From Erysipelothrix inopinata (GTDB taxonomy: Bacteria > Bacillota_I > Bacilli_A > Erysipelotrichales > Erysipelotrichaceae): a stretch of DNA of 32,000 nt. A model generated the notes under the pieces. The model was not told where the DNA came from. It saw nothing but the letters and a program-made list of their open reading frames with translations, and did not search any database. The stretch spans positions 1,950,001 to 1,982,000 of the forward strand of contig NZ_CP060715.1 in assembly GCF_014396165.1 (NCBI RefSeq), in the 5' to 3' direction. Shown here in pieces: positions 13,590 to 24,308 of this stretch. A program made the translations under genes and the position numbers. Positions within the stretch are counted from its first letter, which is position 1; every line of letters starts with the position of its first letter.

Positions 13590-15588
13590 TCTCAGTTTCT
13601 TCCTTTTTCTTCTTTTCATTAGGTTGAATATAACGACATTTTGGGAATCCTGAGCAACCTACAAACCATGTACCATAACGACTCTTGCGTTTCACTAATG
13701 GTTTGCCACATTCTGGACATTCCTCGCCAGTAGGTTCTGGTGCTTCTTTCTTCGTTCCGTCTAACGCACGATTATAACGGCATTCCGGGAAGTTAGAACA
13801 AGCGACAAATTTTCCAAAACGTCCAAATCGATAAACAAGTTCACCGCCACATTCTGGACATTCTTCGCCAACTTTTTCCGCTTCAATTTTTTCCATCTTT
13901 TCATCAGCTTCTTCAAGCAATGGGTAGAATTTATCAACAAAACGTTGTAGCGCTTCGACGTTGTTTTTTTTACCTTCAGCAATTAAGTCTAATTCTTCTT
14001 CCATATTGGCAGTATAGTGAACATTAATAATTGATTCAAAGTGATCTTGTAACTTATCGTTCGTTAGCACGCCTTGCTCTGTAGGCTTAAATACTTTCGT
14101 TTTTGAAGTTTCAGATACAGCACCAAATGTTGCATACGCACGATACACAATTGTTTCCAAGATCATAGAATAGGTACTTGGACGTCCAATTCCTAATTCT
14201 TCAAGCTCTTTAATAAGTCGCGCTTCAGTAAAGCGTGATGGTGGTTGCGTAAAGTGTTGTTCTGGATCAATCTTTTGTGATTTGTATGCTTTAGATTCAT
14301 CAAGTTCACCAAGCAATTTATCTGTAGATTTTTCATAATCGTATACTTTTAGATAACCATCAAATTTAAGAGTTGACCCGCTACCATTAAAGTCATAATC
14401 ATTTTGTGTAAATTCAACACTTACTGCATCAAAAACAGCTGGAGCCATTAATGAAGCCAGAGAACGATAGTAAATAAAACGGTACAATTTATACTCATCA
14501 TTAGTAAGATACGATTTCACGGAATCGGGAGTACGATTTACGTTTGTAGGACGAATAGCCTCGTGAGCGTCTTGTGTGTTTTCAGTTTTCTTACCTTGGC
14601 GGTATTTACCAACATATTCTTTACCATAGCTCTCAAGAATTAATGCTTTTGCATCATCAACAAAAGTTTGACTTAAACGTGTTGAGTCGGTACGCATATA
14701 GGTAATTAACCCTTCAGCATCACCACCCATTTCAATTCCCTCATAGAGTTTTTGAGCAACTCTCATTGTTTTCTTAGCTGGGAAACCAAGACGTGTTGAT
14801 GCTTCTTGTTGAAGTGTTGATGTAATAAATGGAAGTTTAGAATCTTTTTTACGATTCTTCTTCTCCAACTTGGAAATAACAAAATCACCTTGAACTGCAT
14901 CCACAACCGTTTGAGCCTCTTCAGCGTTTGTCATTTTTAATTTCTTACCTTTATAACGTTCAGCACTTGTTTCAATAAGGTTTCCATCATTTTCAAAGAA
15001 TGCAAGGACTGTCCAGTATTCTTCCGGAATAAAAGCATCAATTTCTTTTTCACGATCTACAATTAATTTTAAAGCAACAGATTGAACACGACCTGCAGAT
15101 TTACTTTTAATTTTTGATTGGAGCAATTTAGAAAGTTTAAATCCAATAATACGATCTAAAATACGACGTGTTTCTTGTGACTTTACAAGATCCATATCAA
15201 TTTTACGAGGATTTTCGAATGCTTTCAAAACAGCATCTTTCGTAATTTCATTAAAGACTACTCTATTTTCTTGATCAATATCAACACCCAGTTCATTTGC
15301 AAGGTGCCAAGAAATAGCTTCCCCTTCACGGTCCGGGTCAGTTGCGAGGTAAACAGCATCTGCTTTTTTAGCTTTCGCTTTTAGCTCTTTAACGACATCT
15401 TTTTTATCTTTACTTATTTTATATGTTGCCTCGAAATCATTATCAAAATCTACACCGAGACCATCCTTACCTCTTGTAGCCAAATCTCTAATATGACCTT
15501 TTGAAGAAACAACTTCAAAATCAGGTCCTAGATATTTTTCGATTGTTTTTGATTTAGATGGGGACTCCACAATAACCAAATTTTTCAT
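13570..15588 (-). CDS. topA: DNA topoisomerase I
   Basis: The TOPRIM start MKNLVIVESPSKSKTIEKYLG, the active-site region ITYMRTDS and two C-terminal CxxC...CxxC zinc ribbons are present. Confidence 0.95.
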   Translation of the reverse strand: MKNLVIVESPSKSKTIEKYLGPDFEVVSSKGHIRDLATRGKDGLGVDFDNDFEATYKISKDKKDVVKELKAKAKKADAVYLATDPDREGEAISWHLANELGVDIDQENRVVFNEITKDAVLKAFENPRKIDMDLVKSQETRRILDRIIGFKLSKLLQSKIKSKSAGRVQSVALKLIVDREKEIDAFIPEEYWTVLAFFENDGNLIETSAERYKGKKLKMTNAEEAQTVVDAVQGDFVISKLEKKNRKKDSKLPFITSTLQQEASTRLGFPAKKTMRVAQKLYEGIEMGGDAEGLITYMRTDSTRLSQTFVDDAKALILESYGKEYVGKYRQGKKTENTQDAHEAIRPTNVNRTPDSVKSYLTNDEYKLYRFIYYRSLASLMAPAVFDAVSVEFTQNDYDFNGSGSTLKFDGYLKVYDYEKSTDKLLGELDESKAYKSQKIDPEQHFTQPPSRFTEARLIKELEELGIGRPSTYSMILETIVYRAYATFGAVSETSKTKVFKPTEQGVLTNDKLQDHFESIINVHYTANMEEELDLIAEGKKNNVEALQRFVDKFYPLLEEADEKMEKIEAEKVGEECPECGGELVYRFGRFGKFVACSNFPECRYNRALDGTKKEAPEPTGEECPECGKPLVKRKSRYGTWFVGCSGFPKCRYIQPNEKKKKEETENEETAS

Positions 15589-15608
15589 TTACAACACTCC
15601 CTTATTAT

Positions 15609-16331
15609 TTATATATTGGATAAATCCTTTAAATTTGTCAACATACTCGCACCTTGTTCTATAAGATAATTACACCCTTTTCCAGTAGGGTCATTAATCT
15701 GATGAGGCAAGCATATTATTTCTCGGTTCAGCTTTAACGCTTCATCAACTGTTCCAAGTGTTCCGCTTTTTATTGTAGCGCTCATTACATAAATTTGTTT
15801 ACTTAGTGCCGCAATAATTCGATTTCGAAATGGAAAATGATGACGCTGCGGATGGACACCTTTTGGGTACTCACTAAGTACGAGATGATTTGCTTTTAAT
15901 TCTTCGAAGACATTTTGATGTCCTTTTGGATAACATACATCTACTCCACACCCTAACACAGCAACACTACTAAAATCAAGAGCATTTTTATGTGCTTCAA
16001 TATCGATGCCATATGCAAGACCTGAAATTATCACGCAATTCGAACGCAACGATTTCACAAGACTCGCAGTTGCATTCAAGCTATATTCGCTCGGTTTTCG
16101 ATTTCCAATGACAGCCACCGCAGGATTGTTTAATAAATCTAAGTTTCCTTCATAAAAAAGAACGTACGGAGGATACTCACATTGATAAAGTGCTGCCGGA
16201 TATCTTTCATCACCATATTCTACATACTTACCATCATAACTAAACTCTGGAACTTGTTTACCAAGTTCTACATGTTTTCTTATTTTAAAATAGTCTCCAT
16301 TATAAAGGATAGCTAAACTAAGATACTTCAT
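15609..16331 (-). CDS. dprA: DNA processing protein DprA (Smf), short form
   Basis: Rossmann-fold core AVIGNRKPSEY...IISGLAYGIDIEAHKNAL...FPFRNRIIAAL. Position upstream of topA is conserved. ATG 16331 is preferred over GTG 16340. Confidence 0.85.
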   Translation of the reverse strand: MKYLSLAILYNGDYFKIRKHVELGKQVPEFSYDGKYVEYGDERYPAALYQCEYPPYVLFYEGNLDLLNNPAVAVIGNRKPSEYSLNATASLVKSLRSNCVIISGLAYGIDIEAHKNALDFSSVAVLGCGVDVCYPKGHQNVFEELKANHLVLSEYPKGVHPQRHHFPFRNRIIAALSKQIYVMSATIKSGTLGTVDEALKLNREIICLPHQINDPTGKGCNYLIEQGASMLTNLKDLSNI

Positions 16332-16372
16332 TTTTATCACCCCTAATAATTGAGGATTAAAAAAGATAAGTC

Positions 16373-16987
16373 CTAAATATCAAACGATATTTGAAACTCA
16401 TCTTTAAAAGTAAATGTTTTACGATGAATGGGACAGCGACCATAAGTTAGGATTGCTTCTTTATGTTTTGCTGTACCATATCCTTTATGCTGGGCAAAGC
16501 CATATTCTGGATAGATCTTATCGTATTCAACCATAAGTTCATCTCGATAGGTTTTCGCTAGAATACTCGCTGCAGCAATCGATATTGAACGCTGATCACC
16601 TTTAATAATAGATTCAAACGGAATTTTAACTTCAGTAAGTGGCATCGCATCCGTGAGGCTGACAGCTGCAGGACTGGTGTTGGTAATTAATTCCATACCC
16701 ATTTGTGTTGCACGGTATATGTTGTGAGAATCAATCGCCTCAACATCCACCACCTCAATTGCATACCACAGGGCATTATCCTTAATGAGTTCACACAGTT
16801 CATCACGTTTCTTAGAAGAAAGCTTTTTTGAATCATTAATGAGGTCATGATCAAATCCAATAGGAAATACGACTCCAGCAACAACACAAGGTCCTGCCAT
16901 GGGTCCACGACCTGCCTCATCAATTCCTACAACCAATTCATTCTTACACCAATACTTAGATTCAAACTCTTTTACAAGCGATCCCAT
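16373..16987 (-). CDS. rnhB: Ribonuclease HII
   Basis: VGIDEAGRGPMAGPCVVAGV and the D-rich active-site motifs. Follows rbgA as in Bacillus. Confidence 0.95.
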   Translation of the reverse strand: MGSLVKEFESKYWCKNELVVGIDEAGRGPMAGPCVVAGVVFPIGFDHDLINDSKKLSSKKRDELCELIKDNALWYAIEVVDVEAIDSHNIYRATQMGMELITNTSPAAVSLTDAMPLTEVKIPFESIIKGDQRSISIAAASILAKTYRDELMVEYDKIYPEYGFAQHKGYGTAKHKEAILTYGRCPIHRKTFTFKDEFQISFDI

Positions 16988-17805
16988 GTAATCCGTGCTA
17001 CTTTCCCGTTTTGTACATCACTTAAGAAATGAAGCTTTGCTTTCTCAATATCTTCAAGATTGTTGGCTTCCAACATACCTCTAAAACGAGCGATTTGTTC
17101 ATAGAAATTATCAAATCCATCCAACTGATATCTTGAAATAAGTGCTTGTGGCATTGCTTCGATAAAATAATCCTTAGCAAAATCAGTCACTAAGTCAAGC
17201 GGGTATCCTGTTTCCTTAATGGACCCAATTAATGCAATATGAATTCCCATTTCTTCCGTTTCAAATTTAGGCCACAAGACTCCAGGGGTATCAACAATCT
17301 CTAGCTTATCTGATACTTTAACCAGTTTTAAGGCTTGTGTCACACCGGGACGATTTTCAACACTTGCTGCTTTTTTTGAAACAATCTTATTAATAATGCT
17401 GGATTTCCCAACATTAGGAACACCAACAATAAGAGCACGAGCAGGACGCGGTCTAATACCACGACGTTTATCTCGTTCCCATTTTTCTTTCATCACTATT
17501 TCTGTTTTTTCTAAAATTAACTTTTTAACAGGGTCCTTCAGAACATCAAGAAGTAACACAACATGTCCTTCAGATTCTAAATGTTTAACCCACTTTTCAT
17601 TTTGGCCTGGCTCTGCTAAATCACTTTTTGTTAATATAACAAGGCGTCTTTTCTGATTCAATACTCGATTCAATGCAGGATTACTGGTTGAAATCGGAGC
17701 ACGTGCATCACGACACTCAATAACAAAGTCGACAATTTTAACTTGTTCTTCAATGAGCCGCATCGCCTTGGCCATATGACCAGGGTACCAATGTACTTGA
17801 CTCAT
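16972..17805 (-). CDS. rbgA: Ribosome biogenesis GTPase A (YlqF/RbgA), circularly permuted GTPase
   Basis: QVHWYPGHMAKA start, LTKSDL (G4) placed before GVPNVGKSS (G1), and DTPGVLWP. Confidence 0.95.
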   Translation of the reverse strand: MSQVHWYPGHMAKAMRLIEEQVKIVDFVIECRDARAPISTSNPALNRVLNQKRRLVILTKSDLAEPGQNEKWVKHLESEGHVVLLLDVLKDPVKKLILEKTEIVMKEKWERDKRRGIRPRPARALIVGVPNVGKSSIINKIVSKKAASVENRPGVTQALKLVKVSDKLEIVDTPGVLWPKFETEEMGIHIALIGSIKETGYPLDLVTDFAKDYFIEAMPQALISRYQLDGFDNFYEQIARFRGMLEANNLEDIEKAKLHFLSDVQNGKVARITWDRL

Positions 17806-17808
17806 AAT

Positions 17809-18378
17809 TTAATGACCTACTTTTCTAATTTTATTCAATGGAAATAATACAAATACATCCTTACTTACAATATTTTTATAGTGGAATGATCCAATTCCGT
17901 TATTACGGGAATCACTGGATCGCGGGCGGTTATCCCCCACTAAGAAAAACTCTTCTTCTGGAATCTTATACGGTCCGAAATCAGGCGTAAATGCTTGATC
18001 ATTTTCTACCATTTTTTGGAAGTATGGCGTATCTAGGAATGGTTCCGCTACAGGTTTATTATCGATATATAGTTGTTCGTCACGATATTCAATTGTTTCT
18101 CCTGGCAAACCAATGATTCTTTTAACAATATATTTATCTTGTGATTCTAAATAAACAACCACAATATCAAAACGTTTGTATGTTTTATGAGAAGCTCCAA
18201 AGATATTCGAAAAGCCGACTTCATGATTCTGAAGATTCGGGTACATAGAATCGCCCTCAACTCTAACAGGACGCGCAATAAATTGAGTAATAACGATTAC
18301 TATAAGTAAACTAATCGCTACTGTCTTTATTGTCTCTTTAATTGTTTTTAAAAAACGATCATCTTTCTTTTCTATCAT
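17809..18378 (-). CDS. lepB: Signal peptidase I
   Basis: One N-terminal TM helix, the SM motif (VEGDSMYPNL), KRIIGLPGE and GDNRPRSSDSR boxes. Confidence 0.9.
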   Translation of the reverse strand: MIEKKDDRFLKTIKETIKTVAISLLIVIVITQFIARPVRVEGDSMYPNLQNHEVGFSNIFGASHKTYKRFDIVVVYLESQDKYIVKRIIGLPGETIEYRDEQLYIDNKPVAEPFLDTPYFQKMVENDQAFTPDFGPYKIPEEEFFLVGDNRPRSSDSRNNGIGSFHYKNIVSKDVFVLFPLNKIRKVGH

Positions 18379-18391
18379 AATTGGCCTTCTT

Positions 18392-18421
18392 TCATAAAGA
18401 AAAAGCCGTATAAATACGGCT
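18392..18421 (-). terminator. Terminator-like hairpin after rplS
   Basis: Stem AGCCGTA/TACGGCT (18404-18410 / 18415-18421), followed on the minus strand by TTTTTCTTT. Confidence 0.6.
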
Positions 18422-18422
18422 A

Positions 18423-18770
18423 TTAACGAATTTCTTTAATACGCGCAGATTTACCTGAACGTTCACGTAGGTAGTATAATTTGCTACGACGAACTTTACC
18501 ACGACGTACTACTGTTACGCTATCGATAATTGGTGAATGAACAGGGAATGTTCTTTCAACTCCAATTCCGGATGAAATTTTACGAACTGTGAATGTTTCA
18601 GCAATCCCTGAACCTTCACGTTTAATAACAACACCTTCAAATGCTTGAATACGTGTTTTTCCACCTTCTTGGATACGAACGTCTACACGAACTGTTGTAC
18701 CCGCACGGAAACTAGGAATATCGTTACGTAATTGAGATTTCGTAATATCATTAACTAAATTTAATCCCAT
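18423..18770 (-). CDS. rplS: 50S ribosomal protein L19
   Basis: 115 aa. [29 protein letters not shown] is characteristic of L19. Confidence 0.97.
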   Translation of the reverse strand: MGLNLVNDITKSQLRNDIPSFRAGTTVRVDVRIQEGGKTRIQAFEGVVIKREGSGIAETFTVRKISSGIGVERTFPVHSPIIDSVTVVRRGKVRRSKLYYLRERSGKSARIKEIR

Positions 18771-18875
18771 ACAATAACTCCTTCTTCTATCTTAAACCGA
18801 CTCATGAACATACTATCAGCGGAACCGGAGTGCTTTTAGCCTATTAAATTTAACATAATTTCTAATATTAATCAA
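18771..18875 (-). promoter_or_regulatory. rplS promoter (TTGATT-17-TAAATT) and ~70-nt 5' leader; possible L19 autoregulatory leader
   Basis: -35 at 18870-18875 and -10 at 18847-18852, read on the minus strand. An L19 leader family is known upstream of rplS in Firmicutes, but I could not verify its structure here. Confidence 0.4.
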
Positions 18876-18893
18876 GGAATATCATGAAATTAA

Positions 18894-20186
18894 CTAAAAC
18901 ATTCTTGAGAACATTCTCATTTGTTTTTTCATCTTGTCATATTGATTGAGAAGACGGTTAACATCTGTTGTGGAAACACCTGCTCCATTTGCAATACGAC
19001 GCTTACGTGTTGAACGAATGATTGATGGATCTTGACGTTCTGCAGGTGTCATACTTAAAATCATTGCTTCAGTTTTCTTTAAGCTTTCATTTGCATCATT
19101 GTCATCGATTTGGTTTGCAAACTTGTTAGCCCCTGGAATCATCTTCATTAATCCAGACATTGAGCCCATTTTAGATACTTGTTGGAGTTGAACGAGCATG
19201 TCATCTAATGTGAATTGCCCTTTCATCATACGTTCAGCTGATCTTTCTGCAGCTTCAACATCCATCTTTTCTTGAGCTTTTTCAACAAGACTTACAATAT
19301 CACCCATTCCAAGAATACGAGATGCTGTACGGTCAGGGTGGAATGATTCAAGTTCATCAATACCTTCACCAACCCCAACATATTTAACTGGAACTTGGGT
19401 TAAGTAACGAACAGACAGGATGGATCCACCTCTTGAGTCACCATCAAATTTAGTAGCCACTAAACCTGTTAGCTTTAATTTTGATTTAAACCCGTTGGCA
19501 ACGTTGATAACATCTTGCCCACTCATTGCATCAACAGACAGTAAGATTTCATCTGGTTTCGATAATGCTTGAATATCAACAAGTTGTTGCATCAATTCGT
19601 CATCAATTTGTAAACGACCCGCGGTATCAATCAAGATAACATCAAAATCTTTACCATATGCTAATGCTTCCGATACAACTTCTACCGGTGTAGAATCCAT
19701 CTTCGCAAAGACCTCAACACCAATTTGTTGTCCTAAGATTTTCAATTGTTCAATCGCTGCAGGACGTGCAAGGTCAGCCGCTACAAGTAAAACCTTTTTA
19801 TTTTCATCTTTAGTTAGTTTGTTTGCTATTTTAGCAATTGAAGTTGTTTTCCCTGAACCTTGCAAACCAACCATCATCATAACGCCTGGTTTTGACTTAA
19901 ATTCAAGTTCTGCTGTTTCAGTTCCTAAAATTTCAATTAATTTATCATTAACTACTTTAACAAACATTTGTGATGGTTCGACATCACGCGTAACCTTCAT
20001 ACCCACTACTTCTTTACGGGTATGATCAAGAAGTTCATTAATTACTTCTAAGCTAACATCAGCTTCTAATAGGGAAATACGAATCTCACTGAGAGCATCG
20101 TTAATATTTTTTTCTGACAGTTTCCCCTTTCCTGTCATATTACGAAACGTATCTTGTAATCGATTTGTTAGTGTATCAAAAGCCAT
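18894..20186 (-). CDS. ffh: Signal recognition particle protein Ffh
   Basis: GLQGSGKTTS P-loop, DTAGR, and a methionine-rich M domain (MGSMSGLMKMIPG). Confidence 0.95.
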   Translation of the reverse strand: MAFDTLTNRLQDTFRNMTGKGKLSEKNINDALSEIRISLLEADVSLEVINELLDHTRKEVVGMKVTRDVEPSQMFVKVVNDKLIEILGTETAELEFKSKPGVMMMVGLQGSGKTTSIAKIANKLTKDENKKVLLVAADLARPAAIEQLKILGQQIGVEVFAKMDSTPVEVVSEALAYGKDFDVILIDTAGRLQIDDELMQQLVDIQALSKPDEILLSVDAMSGQDVINVANGFKSKLKLTGLVATKFDGDSRGGSILSVRYLTQVPVKYVGVGEGIDELESFHPDRTASRILGMGDIVSLVEKAQEKMDVEAAERSAERMMKGQFTLDDMLVQLQQVSKMGSMSGLMKMIPGANKFANQIDDNDANESLKKTEAMILSMTPAERQDPSIIRSTRKRRIANGAGVSTTDVNRLLNQYDKMKKQMRMFSRMF

Positions 20187-20195
20187 AATTTCCTC

Positions 20196-21395
20196 CTATA
20201 AGAACATTTCTGTGTTTTCTACTTCGCCACGTTTGAGAGTGAGCGTTTCAATACGATCTACTGCATCTTTTACAAGAGCATCAATATCAAAAGCAGATTC
20301 ATAACGTTCAATTTTATCACCATGTGGCTTTGTTGTTGGTTTCTTTGGTGTGAAAATTGTACAACAGTCTTCAAATGGTAAAATTGATGTTTCATATGTA
20401 TCAATTTCTTTTGCCAGATCAATTATTTCAATCTTATCATATGTGATAAGGGGACGCAAAATAGGAAGTGATGGGATATTTGTAATCTCCTTCATACTAT
20501 GAAGCGTTTGTGAGGCAACTTGACCCAAGCTCTCACCGTTAGCAATTGCAAGGCAATTACGACGGTTTGCAAGTTCATTACCAATGCGTAACATGAAGCG
20601 ACGCATAATTGTAATTGCATAGCTTTCAGGAACTTTTTTATAGATTTCAAGTTGTACATCAGTAAATGGTACAATATGAACTTTAATTTCATTTTGATAT
20701 TCCGTAAGTTGTTGTGCTAAATCCGTTACTTTCTTTTGCGCTTCTGCTGAAGTGTATGGTGGTGATGCAAAATGAATTGCTTCAAGTTTAACGCCACGTT
20801 TCATCATAAGGTAGCCCGCAACAGGTGAATCAATTCCACCAGATAACATAAGCATTGCTTTTCCTTGAATTCCTACAGGATAACCTTTAGCACCTTCAAT
20901 TTTTTTAAGCATAACATAAGCACTATCACTACGAATCTCAACAATAACTTTTACGTCTGGTTGTCTAACGTCTACTTTCCATTCTGTATTTTGAAGAATT
21001 GATGTAGCTACATGACGGTTAATTGTATCTGAGATATGCTCGAATGTCTTATCATGACGTCGTGCCATAATCTTGAAAGTTTTACCCTCTTCTTCTTGAA
21101 TAAGATCAGTCGCAAGTTTCGCAATGACATCAAGATCACGCTCACATTTCATAGCAAGTGAGAAAGAACTTAAGCCAAATACTTTACGAAGTGATTCACT
21201 GACTTCAAGCCCATTTTCACCATTTAATGTAATATAAAGACGATCATAAGTTTCTTGATAGGTTAGTGCTGGAAAGTCTTTCAATTGCGCACGAACATTA
21301 CGTGTCAAGCAAGCAATAAAGTTCTTTCTATTTTTACCTTTAGTGGATAGTTCACCATAACGGCAAACGATATAATCATAATTCGTGTTGTACAT
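20196..21395 (-). CDS. thiI: tRNA 4-thiouridine(8) synthase ThiI
   Basis: N-terminal YGELSTKGKNR and the PP-loop motif LSGGIDSPVA. Paired with the upstream cysteine desulfurase gene. Confidence 0.95.
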   Translation of the reverse strand: MYNTNYDYIVCRYGELSTKGKNRKNFIACLTRNVRAQLKDFPALTYQETYDRLYITLNGENGLEVSESLRKVFGLSSFSLAMKCERDLDVIAKLATDLIQEEEGKTFKIMARRHDKTFEHISDTINRHVATSILQNTEWKVDVRQPDVKVIVEIRSDSAYVMLKKIEGAKGYPVGIQGKAMLMLSGGIDSPVAGYLMMKRGVKLEAIHFASPPYTSAEAQKKVTDLAQQLTEYQNEIKVHIVPFTDVQLEIYKKVPESYAITIMRRFMLRIGNELANRRNCLAIANGESLGQVASQTLHSMKEITNIPSLPILRPLITYDKIEIIDLAKEIDTYETSILPFEDCCTIFTPKKPTTKPHGDKIERYESAFDIDALVKDAVDRIETLTLKRGEVENTEMFL

Positions 21396-22530
21396 ATTTT
21401 TTAATCTCCATGATTGTTTCTATTGTTTTTTCAATTTCAGCACGAGTCGTAAGATGTGATAAACTAATTCTTACTGAAGAGAGTGCACGTTTCTCATTAG
21501 CGCCCATTGCCATCAACACATGTGATGGCTTTAACGATTGAGAGTTACAGGTACTCTGTGCTGATACAGCAATTCCCTTTGCATTCAGTCCATTCATCAT
21601 AATTTCAGAACCAACATTTAAAACTGACATATTAAAAATGTAGGGTGATCCAAGACGTGAAGAATTCAATACAATTCCTGGTTCGTTTTCAAATGTTTCA
21701 TATAAAAGGTTAGAGAGCTCTTGAACATGATTATAATACGTTTTTGAGTCTTCAAGTGCAAGTCTTAAGGTCTTAGCCCAAAGGATAGCAGCCACGTTAT
21801 CCGTAGTACCGCCGCGCTTGCCATATTGTTGCTGTCCACCATTAATAAGTGGGAGACATGGTGTGTGGGCTTTTAAGATCCACAATCCACTTCCTTTAAC
21901 ACCATATATTTTATGTGCTGAAAACGACACAGAATCAATTTGCTTTAATTCAAAATCATGACGTGCTAACGCTTGAACTCCATCAATATGAAGATAGGTA
22001 TTGGGATTCTTTTTCACAATACTTGTAATTTCTTGAATATCGTTGATGCTTCCCACCTCATTGTTGACTGCGAGAAGTGCAACTAAGATGGTATCTTTAC
22101 GAATTAATTGTTTAAGTTGATGAAGATCAACACTACCCGTTTCATCAACACCCACATAATCAACTTCAAATCCAAAAACATCTTCAAGTTGTTTGCACGC
22201 TCCCATGACTGAGCTATGTTCTACTTTTGATGTAATGATGTGGTTTCCTAAATGTTTATTTGCAAACGCAATCCCTTTTATTGCAGCACTATTCGATTCA
22301 CTAGCTCCCGAAGTAAAGATCACTTCTTGTGGTAATACATTAAATTGTTTTGCTAAATACTGACGTGATTTCGTCACAAGGTCAGAAACACGCTGACCCC
22401 CATAGTGAAGTGAGTCAGCGTTTTCGAAAAACTCTTGTTGTATTTTATGAGCATCAGCAATAATTTCAGGTCTTATAGGAGTTGTACTCGCATAATCTAA
22501 ATATATTGGTTTATCGTGCACTTTTTGCAT
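21376..22530 (-). CDS. Cysteine desulfurase (NifS/NifZ/IscS family, class V aminotransferase)
   Basis: IYLDYASTTP start, SAHKIYGVKGSG (PLP lysine region) and the ezrA-nifZ-thiI gene order known from Bacillus subtilis. Confidence 0.9.
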   Translation of the reverse strand: MQKVHDKPIYLDYASTTPIRPEIIADAHKIQQEFFENADSLHYGGQRVSDLVTKSRQYLAKQFNVLPQEVIFTSGASESNSAAIKGIAFANKHLGNHIITSKVEHSSVMGACKQLEDVFGFEVDYVGVDETGSVDLHQLKQLIRKDTILVALLAVNNEVGSINDIQEITSIVKKNPNTYLHIDGVQALARHDFELKQIDSVSFSAHKIYGVKGSGLWILKAHTPCLPLINGGQQQYGKRGGTTDNVAAILWAKTLRLALEDSKTYYNHVQELSNLLYETFENEPGIVLNSSRLGSPYIFNMSVLNVGSEIMMNGLNAKGIAVSAQSTCNSQSLKPSHVLMAMGANEKRALSSVRISLSHLTTRAEIEKTIETIMEIKKYVQHEL

Positions 22531-24250
22531 TGTCTCGAATCATCTCCTCATAAGCAGTGTTTGGTTTGTAACGATCAATTGAATTAATAATAGTTGAAAG
22601 AGCTTGTGTGTATTCACCATTATTAAATGCTAACTCTGCTCGAGTTAATTCGGAATCAATATCAGGTACATAGGCTCTAAATTTGTTGGCATAAACAATC
22701 GCATTTTCACACATATCTACAACACCCACAAGATTATTAACATTGTTATGGAGTTTATAGATATAATCGATTGCTTCATCAACTGAATGATTAAGTTCTT
22801 TAACATTAACCATTTCAGCTTTTAATAAGCTGCTTACATTTCGTGTATAAGTTAGTGCAGTTTTTACATCCTCTTCAAATTTCTCAGAGATATAAGGTAA
22901 TGAACGTTTCTTAATACGCACTTGGACATCATTGATGATGAGATACAATTTTAATAACTGTTTCTCGGCACGAACTTCATCACTGTTTGCTTGATCAATT
23001 GTTTGTTTCATTGTTTCAAATTGATTTTTAAGAATGGTGACATCTTGCCCCAACTCATTAACCGAAATCAGAATGGTTGATGCGGGAATTTGTTCTTCTT
23101 CAATCATGCGTTCTATTTTAAGTCGGAGCTCTTGGTATCCATCAATTTGTTGGCGATATTCTGCCATTGATGCTTCTAGTCCTTCAAAATTAAAGCGTTT
23201 CTCATAGACTGAACTCTTTTCATGAAGTTTGATGATTTCATTCATCAAGTAATCAATCGCATCAAATACTAGAACACTTTGATCGTTAACTTCATTGAAA
23301 GCTTTATCTTCTTTTTGAATTTGACCGGCAATTTGTTCAAGACGTTTTTGACTGTTCAACAGACTTTCTTTGGTCTTAATAATTTCACCTTGACCAATAC
23401 CAATTAAATCATCACGTAAAATTTCAGATAAGACACCAATATTCTTAGGTACCTCTAAGTGGTCAACATAGACCCCTTTACTTCGAACACCTTGGAATAG
23501 TTTCGATACTTCTTCTAAGAGTTGCGGAATCAAACCTTTCGCAAATTCATAGAGTTTAGGAATCCCATTAACACGATCTTCAAAGAGTTGAATTTGTTCA
23601 GAAATATCTTCACTCACTTCATGTGCCTTTGTAAAATCAGATGCATACATCCATTCTTCAAACGCAGAGAAGAGATGTTCGATTTCCTTAACTTGTTCAT
23701 CAAGAGCATCCATACTGCTTCCTAGGACGGAGGAACGCTCCTGTGCTGTAAGTTTTAGTTTTCTAAAACGTTCTTTTTGTTGTGTAATCTCATAACGTTG
23801 TTGCGTTTCTTGTTCTAAAAGTGTTTCAAGTTTTGAATCTAAGATTGTTGTTTGTTCTAATGTGTAGGCCACTAACTCATCGAGCTCTTCGATAAGATTT
23901 TTAGATTCTTTTAATTTCCCATAAGCAAGCGCATCTTCAGTATCTGCAAGTAAGCTTACAATTCGCTCTTGAGACTTAGAAAGATCATCAAAAGAAACTT
24001 TACATTCCTTAACTTTTTCATCAACTTTAGGGTTCAATTTAGCAAGCCCTAACGCTTTGTTGATTTTGAATAAAATAGGAATACTCATGAGTTCATTATA
24101 TTGAATCTCAACGCCTTCAAATTGCTTTCTCAAACTTCTTTTGCGAGAGGATCGCGTTGCAAAAATAATTACCAAAAACAAGATTGCAAAACCAATGATA
24201 AAGTAATATTTATATTGATTTAAGATACTAAAAATAACTTCAAAGTTCAT
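22511..24250 (-). CDS. ezrA: Septation ring formation regulator EzrA
   Basis: 579 aa with one N-terminal TM helix followed by long coiled coils. The size, architecture and position next to nifZ-thiI match EzrA. Confidence 0.85.
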   Translation of the reverse strand: MNFEVIFSILNQYKYYFIIGFAILFLVIIFATRSSRKRSLRKQFEGVEIQYNELMSIPILFKINKALGLAKLNPKVDEKVKECKVSFDDLSKSQERIVSLLADTEDALAYGKLKESKNLIEELDELVAYTLEQTTILDSKLETLLEQETQQRYEITQQKERFRKLKLTAQERSSVLGSSMDALDEQVKEIEHLFSAFEEWMYASDFTKAHEVSEDISEQIQLFEDRVNGIPKLYEFAKGLIPQLLEEVSKLFQGVRSKGVYVDHLEVPKNIGVLSEILRDDLIGIGQGEIIKTKESLLNSQKRLEQIAGQIQKEDKAFNEVNDQSVLVFDAIDYLMNEIIKLHEKSSVYEKRFNFEGLEASMAEYRQQIDGYQELRLKIERMIEEEQIPASTILISVNELGQDVTILKNQFETMKQTIDQANSDEVRAEKQLLKLYLIINDVQVRIKKRSLPYISEKFEEDVKTALTYTRNVSSLLKAEMVNVKELNHSVDEAIDYIYKLHNNVNNLVGVVDMCENAIVYANKFRAYVPDIDSELTRAELAFNNGEYTQALSTIINSIDRYKPNTAYEEMIRDNAKSAR

Positions 24251-24270
24251 AACGTCACCTCATTGATGTA

Positions 24271-24279
24271 ATTGTACCA
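24271..24279 (-). promoter_or_regulatory. Extended -10 promoter of ezrA (TGGTACAAT)
   Basis: The minus strand reads TGgTACAAT, about 25 nt upstream of the GAGGTG RBS. Confidence 0.5.
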
Positions 24280-24308
24280 TATTCAGTAAAATTGTGTAAT
24301 AACTTTAA

